Origin: Octopus vulgaris
Taxonomy: Eukaryota
Length of the DNA stretch: 64,000 nucleotides
NCBI GenBank assembly: GCA_951406725.2
Contig: OX597826.1
Coordinates: 34,844,001 to 34,908,000, forward strand
Reading direction: 5' to 3'
The notes beneath the pieces were generated by a model. It was not told the DNA's origin, made no database searches, and worked only from the letters and a program-made list of their open reading frames with translations. The position numbers were made by a program, and so were the translations under genes. Position 1 is the stretch's first letter. Each line of letters starts with the position of its first letter. Positions 1 through 11,437 of this stretch are shown here, one piece after another.

Positions 1-59
1 AAATGCTGAGGATTAACGCATATATTAAACAAGATATGTCAAGATCTCAGATATACAAC

Positions 60-710
60 GCAGCCAAAAGAATTATGGAAAGCTTAGTCAGCAAATAACA
101 TAATTCGATGTCTCGTGAGAAGTGTCTGGGAAATGCTACGCAGGCAAATATGCTACAATGCAGAGTAGTGTAAAGTAGAACTTCTAGAAAAATCAAAGAT
201 CTATGGACAAATGGAATCCATCCACTGAAGCATTAACATAATAAAACTTTGATGGATGGAATAAACAGAACATTCATTTATTTCTAGTTCTGAATAACAA
301 ATTTCACATTATATTTAATTCTAGAAGTGGGGATTATTATGTGTACATATATGAATAGCAATAAAAAGCCAAATTCGTCTTCACTACCAGACACTTTGGT
401 GAAAATAATTGGCAAGAAACCACTATTAAACGAAGAGCTTAGAGATGAAAATTGTATTTCTATCCTAGGATCTGAATGCAGTGAGATTGAGCAATTTGGG
501 TTTTGTTCCAATACAACAGACATTACAACAAACTTGTCATTGGAAAAATTTCAAGAAGAAAGTGGGGAATAAATACGAACTGGATGCATTCAAGAATAAA
601 ATGTAAGACAACTTAATTACAAGACAACTTAATGATGATTTAAAATTCATTTTTCTGTAGACTTCAGGCACATTGGCAGAATGATGTCACCAACATTAAC
701 TGGATCACTA
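60..710 (+). mobile_element. Highly degenerate RTE-type LINE reverse transcriptase remnant
   Basis: Broken-frame peptides VWEMLRR..YATMQSSVK, KKVGNKYELDAF and LQAHWQNDVTNIN resemble the RTE ORF2 motif LDAFEMKCLRRILRIHWQDKVTN. Many stops and frameshifts. Confidence 0.5.
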
Positions 711-1315
711 ACATATAATAAGCTGTAATAAAAAAAAGGCATAGTGAAGACATTTGCTTAAAATTTGCATATTAAGTAAATGTTATATGTATATGAATGT
801 GTATGTAAGTGTAAATATGTATATAACCATGCATACATTAGTAAGTATATATACGTATGTATGTGTATGATTTTTGTGTGTGTGTGTTTGCATGTGTCTC
901 TCTGTGCATACGTATGTTTTAATGTGTGCGCGAGCGTGTGTATATACAAATATTTCCGTGGGCGTATAAAGTGGTGTGTTGATCAGCGCTCTCTTATGTA
1001 AGAAATGCAAAGAAATCAATCGATAAAGATCCATATATTCCTTATTGAAACTGATATGTTTAAATAATTCATTTGAACGATGTGCATCAATACAGCTCTA
1101 GAAATCCCCGAGCACCATTCCACTACTGCGTATAGATTTCATAATGTATATTGTACTATCAGTCAACAGAAAAAGTAAAATTAAGTATATTTATTCAAAT
1201 TATATTAGCCCAGCCTTATCTCAAATTGTGCGGTGTTTGTAATAATTGAACTCTCAAACCTTAACAACGAACGTTGGTATTAAGAATTTTGTCGACTTTT
1301 AAAACAGTTTCATAA

Positions 1316-1530
1316 ATTATTTACATTATTTACTTTTGATGGATATTTGTCCTCATCTTGTTTGTTGTTAACACAACGTTTCGGCTGATATACCCTCCAG
1401 CCTTCATCAGGTATCTTGGGGAAATTTCGAACCTGGCTTTTCATTCCAAAGAATGAGAAAACAGGTTGAGGACAAATGTAAATAATGTAAATAATGTACA
1501 TAATTCCTCATTTCTTAAATATAGAACTGT
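1316..1530 (-). mobile_element. Small non-autonomous element (Penelope pLTR-like) carrying a hammerhead motif
   Basis: Flanked by 10-bp direct repeat AGTTTCATAA (1306-1315, 1531-1540). Internal inverted arms: ATTATTTACATTATTTAC...ATTTGTCCTCA (1316-1355) vs TGAGGACAAAT-GTAAATAATGTAAATAAT (1467-1495). Confidence 0.7.
1370..1415 (-). ncRNA. Minimal type I hammerhead ribozyme motif
   Basis: Minus strand GATAC-CTGATGA-A-GGCTG(GAGGGTATAT)CAGCC-GAAA-CG-TT-GTGTT. Intact core, 5-bp helix II, helix I with G-U pairs, palindromic ACGT in place of helix III. Confidence 0.75.
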
Positions 1531-1582
1531 AGTTTCATAAGTTCTTGAAACATAAAAACAGTTATATAGAGAAGTAATAATT

Positions 1583-1771
1583 CTTTTTTCATAAGGCACG
1601 AAGCTTGAAATTTTGGGAGAGGGGGATATTCACCCCAGTGCTCAACTGGTACCTAATTTGTCGACCCCGAAAGGATGGAAGGTAAAGTCGACCTCGGCGG
1701 AATTTGAGCTCAGAAACTAAAGATGGAATATATACTAATCGGCGTGCTAACGATTCTGCCAGCCCACCGCC
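1583..1771 (-). mobile_element. tRNA-derived SINE (dominant family, standard tail)
   Basis: A/B-box head and core GTCGAC..CATCCTTTCGGGGTCGA..GTACCAGT. Flanked by ~21-bp TSD TTATATAGAGWAGTAATAATT (1562-1582, 1772-1792). Confidence 0.9.
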
Positions 1772-1800
1772 TTATATAGAGTAGTAATAATTATTTGAAA

Positions 1801-2018
1801 AGGCGGTGATCTGGCAGAAACGTTAGCACGCCGGGCGAAATGCTTAGCACGAATTTGTCTGTCTTTACTTTCTCAGTTCAAATTCTGCCGAGGTCGACTT
1901 TGCCTGTCATCCTTTGTTGGTCTAAATTAAGTACCACTTGCGTACTGAAGTCGATCTAATCGGCTGGCCCCCTCCTCTCCAAAAAAATTCGGGCCTTGTG
2001 CCTAGAGTAGAAAAGAAT
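1801..2018 (+). mobile_element. tRNA-derived SINE (dominant family), full length
   Basis: A box TGGCAGAAACGTTA, B box AGTTCAAATTC, tail GGGCCTTGTGCCTAGAGTAGAAAAGAAT. Confidence 0.9.
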
Positions 2019-2021
2019 AAC

Positions 2022-2232
2022 AATTTCAAATTTTTGCCACCAGGGCATCTTGGGGAAGGTGGAGATGAGTCAATTGCATCGAACCCAGTGTTCAACTGAT
2101 ACTTATTTTATCGAACCCGAAAGGATGGAAGGCAAAATCGACCTCGGCGGAATTTGAACTCAGAACGTAACGAGGGCAAAAAACGTTAAGCATTTCGTCC
2201 AGTTTGCTACCAATTCTAACAGCTCGTCGGCT
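2022..2232 (-). mobile_element. tRNA-derived SINE (dominant family)
   Basis: Reverse-complement similarity to 1801-2018 across head, core and tail. Confidence 0.85.
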
Positions 2233-2255
2233 TATATAGAATAATTATAATAACG

Positions 2256-2465
2256 GTTTCAAATTTCGGCACAGAATCAGCAATTTTGAGGAAGCGCATA
2301 ATTCGATCGGACCGACACCAGTGTTCTACTGGTGCTTATTTTATCAACCCCGTGACGATAAAAGTAAAGACGACCTCGGCAGAAATTGAACCCAGAACGT
2401 AAAGACGAGCGAGGTGCCATTGAGTATTTTGGCCGACGCGCTAACGATTCTGCTAACTCGCCGCT
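2256..2465 (-). mobile_element. tRNA-derived SINE (dominant family), diverged
   Basis: Same core (CTGGTGCTTATTTTATCAACCCCG..GACCTCGGCAGAAATTGAAC) and head. Confidence 0.85.
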
Positions 2466-2499
2466 CCCAGGGATGACGATGATAATAATTATAATAATA

Positions 2500-2903
2500 A
2501 TTCTTTCTACTGGGAGTACAAGGCCTCACATTTGGGGAAAGGGATTAAGTCGATTACATCGACCCCACACCACTGCATAATTGGTACTTATTTAATCATT
2601 TTCAAATGTATGAAAGGCAAAGTCGACCTCGGAAGAATTTGAACCCAGAACGTAGCGGCAGACGAAATACTTATTTCTTTACTACCCACAAGGGGCTAAA
2701 CACAGAGAGGATAAACAAGGACAGACAAACAGGTTAAATCGATTATATTGACTCCAGTGCGTAACTGGTACTTACTTAATCGACCCCAAAAGGATGAACA
2801 GCAAAGTCGACCTCGGCGGAATTTGAACTCAGAACGTAGCGGCAGACGAAATACCGCTAAGAATTTCGCCCGGCACGCTAACTATTCTGCCAAATCGCGC
2901 CCT
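2500..2903 (-). mobile_element. Dimeric SINE: one head, one 184-bp internal unit with alternative tail, then standard tail
   Basis: Two SINE bodies. The internal unit 2671-2854 joins at GAAATAC|TTATTTCTTTACTACCC, the same junction as in the 14.7-15.5 kb array. Confidence 0.85.
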
Positions 2904-2921
2904 AAAGGATGCTGATGTTGA

Positions 2922-2937
2922 TAATAATAATAATAAC

Positions 2938-2996
<59 letters not shown>

Positions 2997-3045
2997 TAAT
3001 AATAATAATGACGACGGCGATGATGATAATGATGATGATGATGAT
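2922..3045. repeat. (AAT)n followed by (GAT)n microsatellite
   Basis: Direct reading. Confidence 0.95.
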
Positions 3046-4124
3046 GTTAACTGCATCAGAAGTAAGAACTATCTAAATTAGTTTCGAAAAATTTCGAAAT
3101 ATTTTAGTGAATTGTATCCAAATGGGATATCATTATGTTGCATATGTTCAAAATATGCACAGAATATGTGTCTAATATATAGTATTGTTAACCTCAAGTA
3201 GGAAGTTGTGTCTTTCTTGTTGCTTTTTGTTTTCTTTTCTTTTCTTTAAGCTGTGGATCTGAAGAAACCAGTCATGTGTTGAACATGACTGCAACGTTGA
3301 AGGGAATTCATTTGATGTAAATAAAATATCGTTTCCATACATGGAAACCCCACGACAAAAATGTTTGTATTTAATAGCTTATGTATTCCAAACTCAGCAG
3401 GAATTCAGAAATTACTTGCAGGTGTGATATTGATATCAGGAAAAACAGCTGCCAGTTTGCTTGTTCAAGGTGAAACTGAGGTTCAAAGAAGGCACTGAAA
3501 ACGAAAAAAATCACAGATATTCAAATGATGATGTGCCAGAAATATCAAGGTAGGTCTCACAAAAAACCTGTCCAATTCCAATATTATTAAAGGAAATGAT
3601 ATGGATTCGAAGTGGTTGAAAATTATTCTGCTTTGCAGATTAGTCACAATGGTGTCACTATGGAGAAGCAGGTATTAAAATATTGATGATGATGAGGAGG
3701 GCAGTGGGAAAAATACTAAGAAAAATATCATGGTTGGTTTCTGAATTCGGCACAAGTCTATTAATTTTAAAGGTAAGCTTTACTAAATACCATCGGCGCT
3801 GTTAATTGAGTGGCGTCTATTTCATCGAATCCTGTAGAGTGAAAGGTATGGATGGCTTCGAAAGGATTCCATCTCAGAAATTAAAAAGCAGGTGCAAACA
3901 CAGCATATACCCATGCGTATACATGCACTCACACGTACATTTTGAACAGATAATCCTGCCTTTACAAATCTTAAAATATCACAACCCAACGAAGGTTATG
4001 TTGAAGTTTAGCTAAAACACGCTTAGCGGTACAGACCAGATCATAATAAAAATTACCTCCACAAAATTATTTCTAGAGTTCGCTTGCATACGCATGCAAC
4101 GGTAGATATAGTAACATACGTAAC

Positions 4125-4167
<43 letters not shown>

Positions 4168-4462
4168 GGAGGCGCAATGGCCCAGTGGTTAGGGCAGCGG
4201 TCGTAGGGTCGCGGTTTCGATTCCCAGACCGGGCGTTGTGAGTGCTTATTGAGCAAAAACAGCTAAAGCTCCACGATGCTCCGGCAGGGGGTGTTGGTGA
4301 TCCCCACTGTACTCTTACGCCACAACTTTCTCTCACTCTTTCTTCTGTTGGCCTGCTCGCTTGGCCAGCGGGGTGGCGTCATTTGAAGGCTAAAACAATG
4401 TGAAGCGCATTGTGACCAGCGATGTGTAGCAACATCTGATAGCCTGGTCAGTCACGTGACGT

Positions 4463-4469
<7 letters not shown>
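4168..4469 (+). mobile_element. tRNA-derived SINE (second family) inserted in (TA)n
   Basis: A box TGGCCCAGTGG, B box GGTTTCGATTCC, (TA)n on both sides, ends in a GTCACGTGAC tandem. Head shared with 9695-9978. Confidence 0.85.
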
Positions 4470-4509
<40 letters not shown>

Positions 4510-5162
4510 TCGCGAAGGGTGACTAGGAAACTAGGGCATGCATCCCCCACATTCACGCACACTGAGATTGGTTGGGGAGATTTCCGAGTGTTCTACCCTC
4601 ACCCGTTTTCTGTGAAAAGTGTAGTACTACCTGCTTTGAGATGGGTGAAGTCTAGAAATGAAAATAGCGAAAATAGTTTTCCCCTACGATGCACCATTTT
4701 GAAGAAGTTAGTAAGACACGAGAGACGTATATAAAAACATATCCCTAATATATACAGGGATTCCATGATTAGTGCGTAAAATATTTTTGAGTCTGCCCCT
4801 TAATATCAGCGGTATCAACTTTGATTACATCGTTTCAATAAGTGTTTTCTTTTTTTTATTTCTTTTGCGCAAACCCTTTGAAGCATTGGCAGCACCTCAT
4901 CTTCCGCACCAATTATTCACGCTTGAGGTCGTGTGCCACACCTACTTCTGCTTAACTAGTATATTCAAAATAAATCGACGAAACCCATTGAAATTCTACC
5001 AAACTTTCTTTTTCTTTTTTCATGAGTTTATAGGAAAGTTCTAGACTCCCTTCATGTTTATAAAAATTAGTATCGAATAAAAAAAGGCTTTTCGCCAATT
5101 AATTACTGCTCAAAAACTTTGAAACGGTAATACTTCCACTTCTAATAACGTAGCCATATTGA

Positions 5163-5374
5163 GGCGCCGAGTTGGCAGAGTTGGAAGCAAGTCGGATTAG
5201 ACACTTGGCAGAATTTCGCCCGCACTTGCGCCTCGAGTTCAAATCTTGCCGAGGTTGACTCTGCCTTTCATCCGTTTGGGGTCGATAAATTAAGTACCAG
5301 TCAAGCACCGGGGTCGATGTAATCGATTAGACCCACCACCAAATATTTCGGCCCTTATGGGTGCATCAGAAAGG
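5163..5374 (+). mobile_element. tRNA-derived SINE (dominant family)
   Basis: Head, core and tail present. ~19-bp TSD AATAACGTAGCCATATTGA (5144-5162) / AATATCGTAGCTATATTGA (5375-5393). Confidence 0.9.
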
Positions 5375-5729
5375 AATATCGTAGCTATATTGAACCATGC
5401 CTATTTTTAAAGAAAATTTTAAATGGAAACAAAATCATTAAAACCTTTTCGAAAAAACGATATGCGTTTTTTTCAGTGGAGTCCAACACGACAAAGCTGA
5501 TATGAAAAAAAAACATCAGTCAGATTATTCTCATTTCAGGTTTTTTTTTTGCATTTTATAATTAAAACATTTTTACAAAGATAGAACATCAAAGCACGAA
5601 TTTTGAGTTTTTTTACTACTTGCATGGTTTTTTTAAAGTATCTTCTGTTTCACTTCAATTAAAATAAAATATTCAAGTTAAATTTGGCCATATGTAAAAA
5701 AACACATTTATCAGCGCACAGATGTAACT

Positions 5730-6260
5730 GGAGAAAATTAGTAGGATTACCATCAAATCCTCAATGTCGACGAAACTGGCGTATTCTGGAAAAGATGTCA
5801 ACAAGAATTTTTCTGCCGAGAAAAGAGGCGACGGCACCACTTAATAAAGCACGGAAGGACAGATTAACTTCTACTGAGATGTAATGCCAAAACTGAATGC
5901 AAATTAGAACCGATGCTAATTTATCTTACAATGAACCCAAGAGTATTAAAAGGCAGTAACAAGCAATCCCTTTCACTAATTTAGAAACCGAATAAAAGGG
6001 TTTGGGTGACAAAGCAGTTGTTTGAAGAATGGTTCGATATGCATTTGTGTTCCACATTTGAAAATTATTGCAAAATGAAACACAATAATAATTTAGATTT
6101 TAAAGTTCTTTTAACTTTAGATAAAACCCTTAGGCATCATACCTCACTTAATGATGTAAACAGCAATATGAAGGTTATATTTCTACCACAAAATACGACA
6201 TTTTTACTGCAGCCAATAGACCAAGGTGTAATTTCGACATTCAAACTTTCGCCCAGATAA
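5730..6260 (+). mobile_element. pogo/Tigger DDE transposase remnant
   Basis: NVDETGVFWK, KARKDRLT, WVTKQLFEEWF, VLLTLD and VIFLPQNTTFLLQPIDQGVISTFK (DDE_1 motifs). Frameshifts and stops. Confidence 0.9.
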
Positions 6261-6319
6261 TTCAAGTCATAACTAGAGATAATCCAATCACTCTTGAAGA
6301 ATTTTCGGAAAACATTCAT

Positions 6320-8080
6320 ATTAAACAAGCATTCTCTGTTCACTTTGAGAACATCTCATATAATTATTTACTTGTTTTAAAGAAGAAAACAATCACTCAC
6401 AGGATGCAGATATGGCAAGTGTGGTCAGAGCTTGGTTCAGTTGAAGTGTTATTATATCTGCTACTTCTTGGATTATTGAGGCTTGCTTTGCAGCATCTGC
6501 AGCATAAACTAATTTGAACTCGCATTTCAGTCCATTCAATCCCATTAAATTTTAAATTTTTGTAGACATTCAAAGTTGAAAATGCTTCCATCGGAAATTG
6601 TTTTTCGTAAGTGTGGAAAAGCTTCGGATTTAACAATTCAACAAATTTGAACTCTTCCATCGCTTTAAATCTTTGCTCAACGTGAACAATAATTTCATCT
6701 GGTTCTTCATGACGACTTCGCTTCTCTGGTGGTTCAGTGACACCATTCCTCAAACTAGTACTTGATATGAATCAGTTTTTATTTTTGTAGTTCTCAACTT
6801 CACAAATACATCTTGAAATATCAAGCGAACTCTTTTGAAGTATCGGATACAGAATCTTTGAACCAGTCAATATGGTTTCAAAGATTATTAATAAAAGTTT
6901 GAAATTAGAATTTTCTAGGATTTCAATGAATCCCCTTGCTTGTGCTAATTCCGAAGCATTCCAATTATCTGAATTTTCTAATATGGTTGAACATATCTCA
7001 GAAAATGAAGTAATTATTATCGTACAAAATGAATGCTTGCCGAGATGATTTAATTCCATTGCGTCAGGTAGCTTTGGAAATTGCCTTCTAAAGAATTCAT
7101 CTATTAGTGCTATCCGAGCCGTCGACTTTGAGCACCAACAATCTCCTTTATACTTCGTTCCATTTCGATCAAGTACCCAGACATCACGCTTGCTCCACCA
7201 TAAGTTTGTGCGATGAATTTTTGACCACATCTGAATTCGTTAACAAAATTTCGAATTTTTTTAATCAGTGATGCTGCATTTCTATTCTTACTGACATGGA
7301 CATAACCCAAAAACCTTTCTTGAGGCTGTTCCTCCTCATCAACAAATGGTAAAACACGTGACAATTGGGATTTTATTTGCAGATCCGTAGTCTCAGGAGA
7401 CATAAGAGCAACAAATGAAGTTTTTTCGATCATTGTCCTAATTTCACCTTCATTTGTAGCAACTATACAACTAATAATCGCATTCTGAATATTACTTGGA
7501 AGTCCAGAAACCGTGCACTTGACATTTTGTCGTCACGAAATCGAAATGCGATCTTAAACAGTCATCATATTCCGCTGCTGCTTCACAGAGAGTTAGAAAC
7601 TTCCCCTTATTATTTGATTCTTCTGTTTCATCATGTCCTCGAAAGGATAATTCTTGACAAACTAAAATTTCGATACAGTGAATTAAACTTTTCAATATAT
7701 CAGGAATTTTTAGACTCTTTTATTATGCAACTGAATCAAAGCCTTTTTCTAGTGATCGATTGCGGTATCAATCCGTTGTGGATCAAAGGTTTTCTGAGCA
7801 ATGACGGAATTCAGATGGCTCTGAGACTTTTTTGTGTCTTGCCAAAGCTGTTATCAAATTTTTCAAATGACTGTAGCCGTTTGCTGTCCATGTGTTATAA
7901 TGCTGACAAAATAACAGGCATGGGAAACAAAGCAATTTGTTTAGAATGGGATATCCTGTCTTAATTGGGATACCCACTTTAGTTTCGAGTTTCAATTCAA
8001 GCTTTGGTTACTCTCTTCCAAGAAAGATAATCTCCTTTTCTCTCTTCGAAGATTCTTGTTTCAAAATGTCGCAAAACTAA
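6320..8080 (-). mobile_element. Degenerate hAT transposase (ZMYM1-like / DUF4371 with hAT dimerisation domain)
   Basis: CFPCLLF..W..G..LKNL (TTF-type finger), QELSFRGHDE..N.GKF, ETTD..SQLS..QERFLG, QTYGGASVMSG, and C-terminal LTTLAISASCE*LFSSLKQVNNYMR. Split over at least five frames. The non-coding 5' end may extend to ~8884. Confidence 0.9.
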
Positions 8081-8949
8081 AGAGGAAACTAAATTAATTT
8101 ACTTTTTTACCAATTTTGGGGTAAATGAAAACTTGAATAATATTTACTGAGTTTTAATTTTGGTTTTGATGAATCAACAAAAAACTAGCAATTAATCTCA
8201 CAACAAACTTAGGCTCTAGTTTACTTGTTTATGTAAATTTCTTTAAGATAATTTCAATTATTTAGAATTAAATTTTACAGCATTGGAATGAATAAATGGA
8301 TAAAAACGTTATGTTTTAACCAGACAAAATCAAATTCACTACTTGATCCTTTTCTCTGCTAATGAATTCTGGGTAGTGGTCACACGATTACGTTCCACAA
8401 GGTAATGTTGTGTCTCTTGACTCCTGAATAGGTTGTTTAAGAAAGTAAGAAGGAAAAAGACTTGCTTTACTCACTGTGTTTTGACCTACTTTTTTTCTTT
8501 TCACTCACTAAAAAACAGCAGACAAGTTGTGTATCTTTCCAATTCTCCAAAGGTATGCAAGTATATTTACTTTTTTTTAGCGGTCCTATAATGCCATTTC
8601 TTTTATTAACGGTTGCTGACCACTTCGATTGATTCTATTTATAGAAGCGTTCTCTTGTACAGTCAGAAGCAAACATATTTCTGCATGTTGTGTCTATTCA
8701 GAGAACACAAGTCATAATTCATTCATGCGACCACAACCCAATGGGAAATGAAAACGCAATTCACGAGAAAATTAAGGGAGGTTAAATTAATCAATAATTG
8801 ATTTTACATTAAACAAAAAAATTCTTTATCTTACAAAAGAAGGCATGCAATGAATGCGTTGCATACATGGATGCTGCGCGGCTAACATATATATATATAT
8901 ATATATATATATAAACGTGTGTGTGAGTGTGTTTGTGATGTGTATGTTT

Positions 8950-9107
8950 GAAGTATATTTGCCACCTAAATATGGCTAACGACTAAGGGTGGATGTTACT
9001 GTAGCTTGTAGCCCCAGGAGAACATCTTCTCCAGCTGGCTGGGGCTACAAGCTACAGTAACATCCACCCTTAGTGCTTAGCCATATTTAGATGGCAAATA
9101 TACTTCC
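8950..9107. repeat. 68-bp-arm inverted repeat formed by head-to-head copies of a dispersed repeat
   Basis: Arms 8950-9017 and 9039-9106 are reverse complements with ~3 mismatches. A related single copy lies at 10546-10686. Confidence 0.9.
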
Positions 9108-9156
9108 CATTGTCGTGCAGTTGCTCTCTATACCGCGTTCAGAGATTTATTATTGT

Positions 9157-9192
<36 letters not shown>

Positions 9193-9694
9193 ATATGTAT
9201 ATATATATATATATATGAAGAGAGAGGGGGTAAGAGGGATAGATTGATAGATACATACATAGACAGACAGATCTGCTCTAACATGCGTGAAGCCATGAGT
9301 GAGAGCTTGACAATTTTGCTTCATAAAAATTTCCATTCCGCTTCTTGGCATCTTCGTCGAATATCTTTGCAATACACAAGATTTCACGTAAGCATCGTGG
9401 CTGTGAAATAGAATATAGCATGTTAAGTAGTACCCTGGCTTCTTGGGTTTCTACACAAGACATGACAAAACTATTACAAGACTGAGTCATTCTGCACACG
9501 ATATTTAATTGAGTGAATTATGCACTTGATTCAGCTACAGCATGCTCAGAGCTCGAAATTGATCTGATGGCTCATCATATACATACATACTCACATGCAT
9601 ACATACATACATATGTCTACCGTACACAATGTTCAATTCGTGTTTACTTGTGTGTACTTTTGTAAATGTGTGTATGTGTGTGTGTGTGTGTGTA

Positions 9695-9978
9695 TTTTGT
9701 TTGTTCCTTCTCGAGCCACGCCTGGATCATAAGGGCCGGTTTCCCGGTTTCTTTGGCGTATAGGTTCACCACCTGGATGGGACGCCGGTCCGTTGCAGGT
9801 GAGATGCAAGATGAAATAGTGAGAGAAAGTTCTGGCGAAAAAGTCAGCAGAAGTTCGCCATTACCTTCTGCCAAAGACGCGTGGAGCTTAGGTGTTTCGC
9901 TCATAAACACACACATCACCCGGTCTGAGATTCGAACCCGCGAGTCCGCTGCTCTGACCACTAGGCCATGTGCCTCCA
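9695..9978 (-). mobile_element. tRNA-derived SINE (second-family head, different tail)
   Basis: Minus strand TGGAGGCACATGGCCTAGTGG (A box), GGTTCGAATC (B box), CTAAGCTCCACG motif shared with the 4168 copy. Confidence 0.85.
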
Positions 9979-10489
9979 CATGTGTGTATTTGTGTCACGT
10001 CCTATGACTTTCTGTCTCTCTACTTTTGTAGGGTCTTCTCTGTTGCTGTCACATATTGTAAAATTTTAAATTTACGTCAAAATTTTCAAATTCTGGTTAT
10101 TGAAACAATTTTCCACGTTAAATCCAATGTTGTTACTTATTTGTTCCAGAAAAATTGCAAGAAAATGTTACTGTGGAGTAAACTTTAATCAATTTTACCC
10201 AATAACAAGACACAATTTGGAAGCTGGCATTTCCTGCATGATACGTATCGATCACAAAATGAAAGCAAACTCACTACGAGGAAGAATTTTCATTAAACAA
10301 ACGAAAGCAAAGCATTATCACAACCAAATTTGTAAGAACCTCTGAAATTTTAATAAGCTTTAATGAATAAAGTCATATGAAATTGTCGAACAGACATGTA
10401 AACAATTTAAAAAGGAAAAATACCCTTCAACAAAGTTATTTTGCGAAAGACACGTGACATGGAAGAAACAAAACTTTATATAAGACATT

Positions 10490-10518
10490 CCGTTGCAACG
10501 ACGGGCTATTCAGCTAAT
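10490..10518 (+). mobile_element. Probable Helitron 3' terminus
   Basis: GC-rich hairpin CCGTTGCAACGACGG, ~9 nt, then CTAA|T (CTRR|T). 5' end not located. Confidence 0.5.
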
Positions 10519-10545
10519 ACTGATAGGGCACAGAAAGTGTGTCTA

Positions 10546-10686
10546 TAGCCAGCTGGAGGAGGTGTCCTCCTGGGGCTAAAACTACAGTAGCATTCACCCT
10601 TAGGCGTTAGCCATATTCAAATTGCAAATATACGTCACGATGTGTTGCTGCTACTGTTTATAACTCGCTCTGAGATTTATCATTAT
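10546..10686 (+). repeat. Diverged copy of the 9039-9156 dispersed repeat
   Basis: CTGGGGCTA..CTACAGTA.CAT.CACCCTTAG..TTAGCCATATT..GCAAATATAC..GAGATTTAT, ending at (TA)n as at 9156. Confidence 0.8.
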
Positions 10687-10918
10687 ATATATATACTTAT
10701 ATGTATGAGTATGAATATATTTGAATATAGTAAACATAATGAGTGGATATATGTATACATATATGCATACACATACGGTGATATATTATAGGCAAATAGA
10801 TATATAAATTATTTATATATACATAAATATATATATATATATATATATACGCACACAGACACACACACACACACAGACAAACACACAGATAGGCAGACAG
10901 ACAGACACGCGCACACAC

Positions 10919-10957
<39 letters not shown>

Positions 10958-11342
10958 CGCACACACACATGCACACACATACACGCAACACTATCTTAAG
11001 TGTGAAACATTAAGAATGTTAAACGTCTAACAAGTATCAATTTGACATAAATTACTTAAGTTTCCTACTCAAATGTTTTCCGTGTCTCATATGACAGCCG
11101 CAGAGATTTCCAGGATGTTAGAACATATTTATTTACAATACCATGAGCTGTAAATTCTTCGGTAAGTGTTTTACATCCAACAAGAATGACCTCAGAATTG
11201 TTCCTGCTATTAAAGAATGTCATTTTCAATCATATTCTCCCTCTTACTTTTTGGTCGCCATACAAAATACATTGTCATTTGTCATTACTCCGTGCTAAGA
11301 ATTATTTTTCTTTACACACTCACTTACAAACATAGATATATA

Positions 11343-11345
<3 letters not shown>

Positions 11346-11424
<79 letters not shown>

Positions 11425-11437
11425 CGTGTGTGTGTGT
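11346..11437. repeat. (GT)n microsatellite
   Basis: Direct reading. Confidence 0.95.

Noticed and set aside
603-660. GT..AG mini-intron that would restore the RTE frame
   Set aside because: Better explained by a local 13-bp tandem duplication (AAGACAACTTAAT) plus insertion in a dead element.
3259-3298. CTGAAGA followed by a 9-bp hairpin (CAGTCATGT/ACATGACTG) as a hammerhead
   Set aside because: No GAAA after the stem and no helix I partner.
4168-4235. tRNA gene (also at 1801, 5163 and 9978)
   Set aside because: A and B boxes are present but no full cloverleaf, and each continues into a SINE body and tail.
4507-8884. Single large DNA transposon bounded by CAGTCGCGAAG / CTGCGCGGCTA
   Set aside because: Only 8 of 11 terminal bases match with no extension, and the interior holds unrelated pogo and hAT pieces.
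9011-9046. HDV-like ribozyme (GCCCCAG..CTGGGGC as P1)
   Set aside because: The pairing is explained by the inverted duplication, and P2, P3 and P1.1 could not be assigned.
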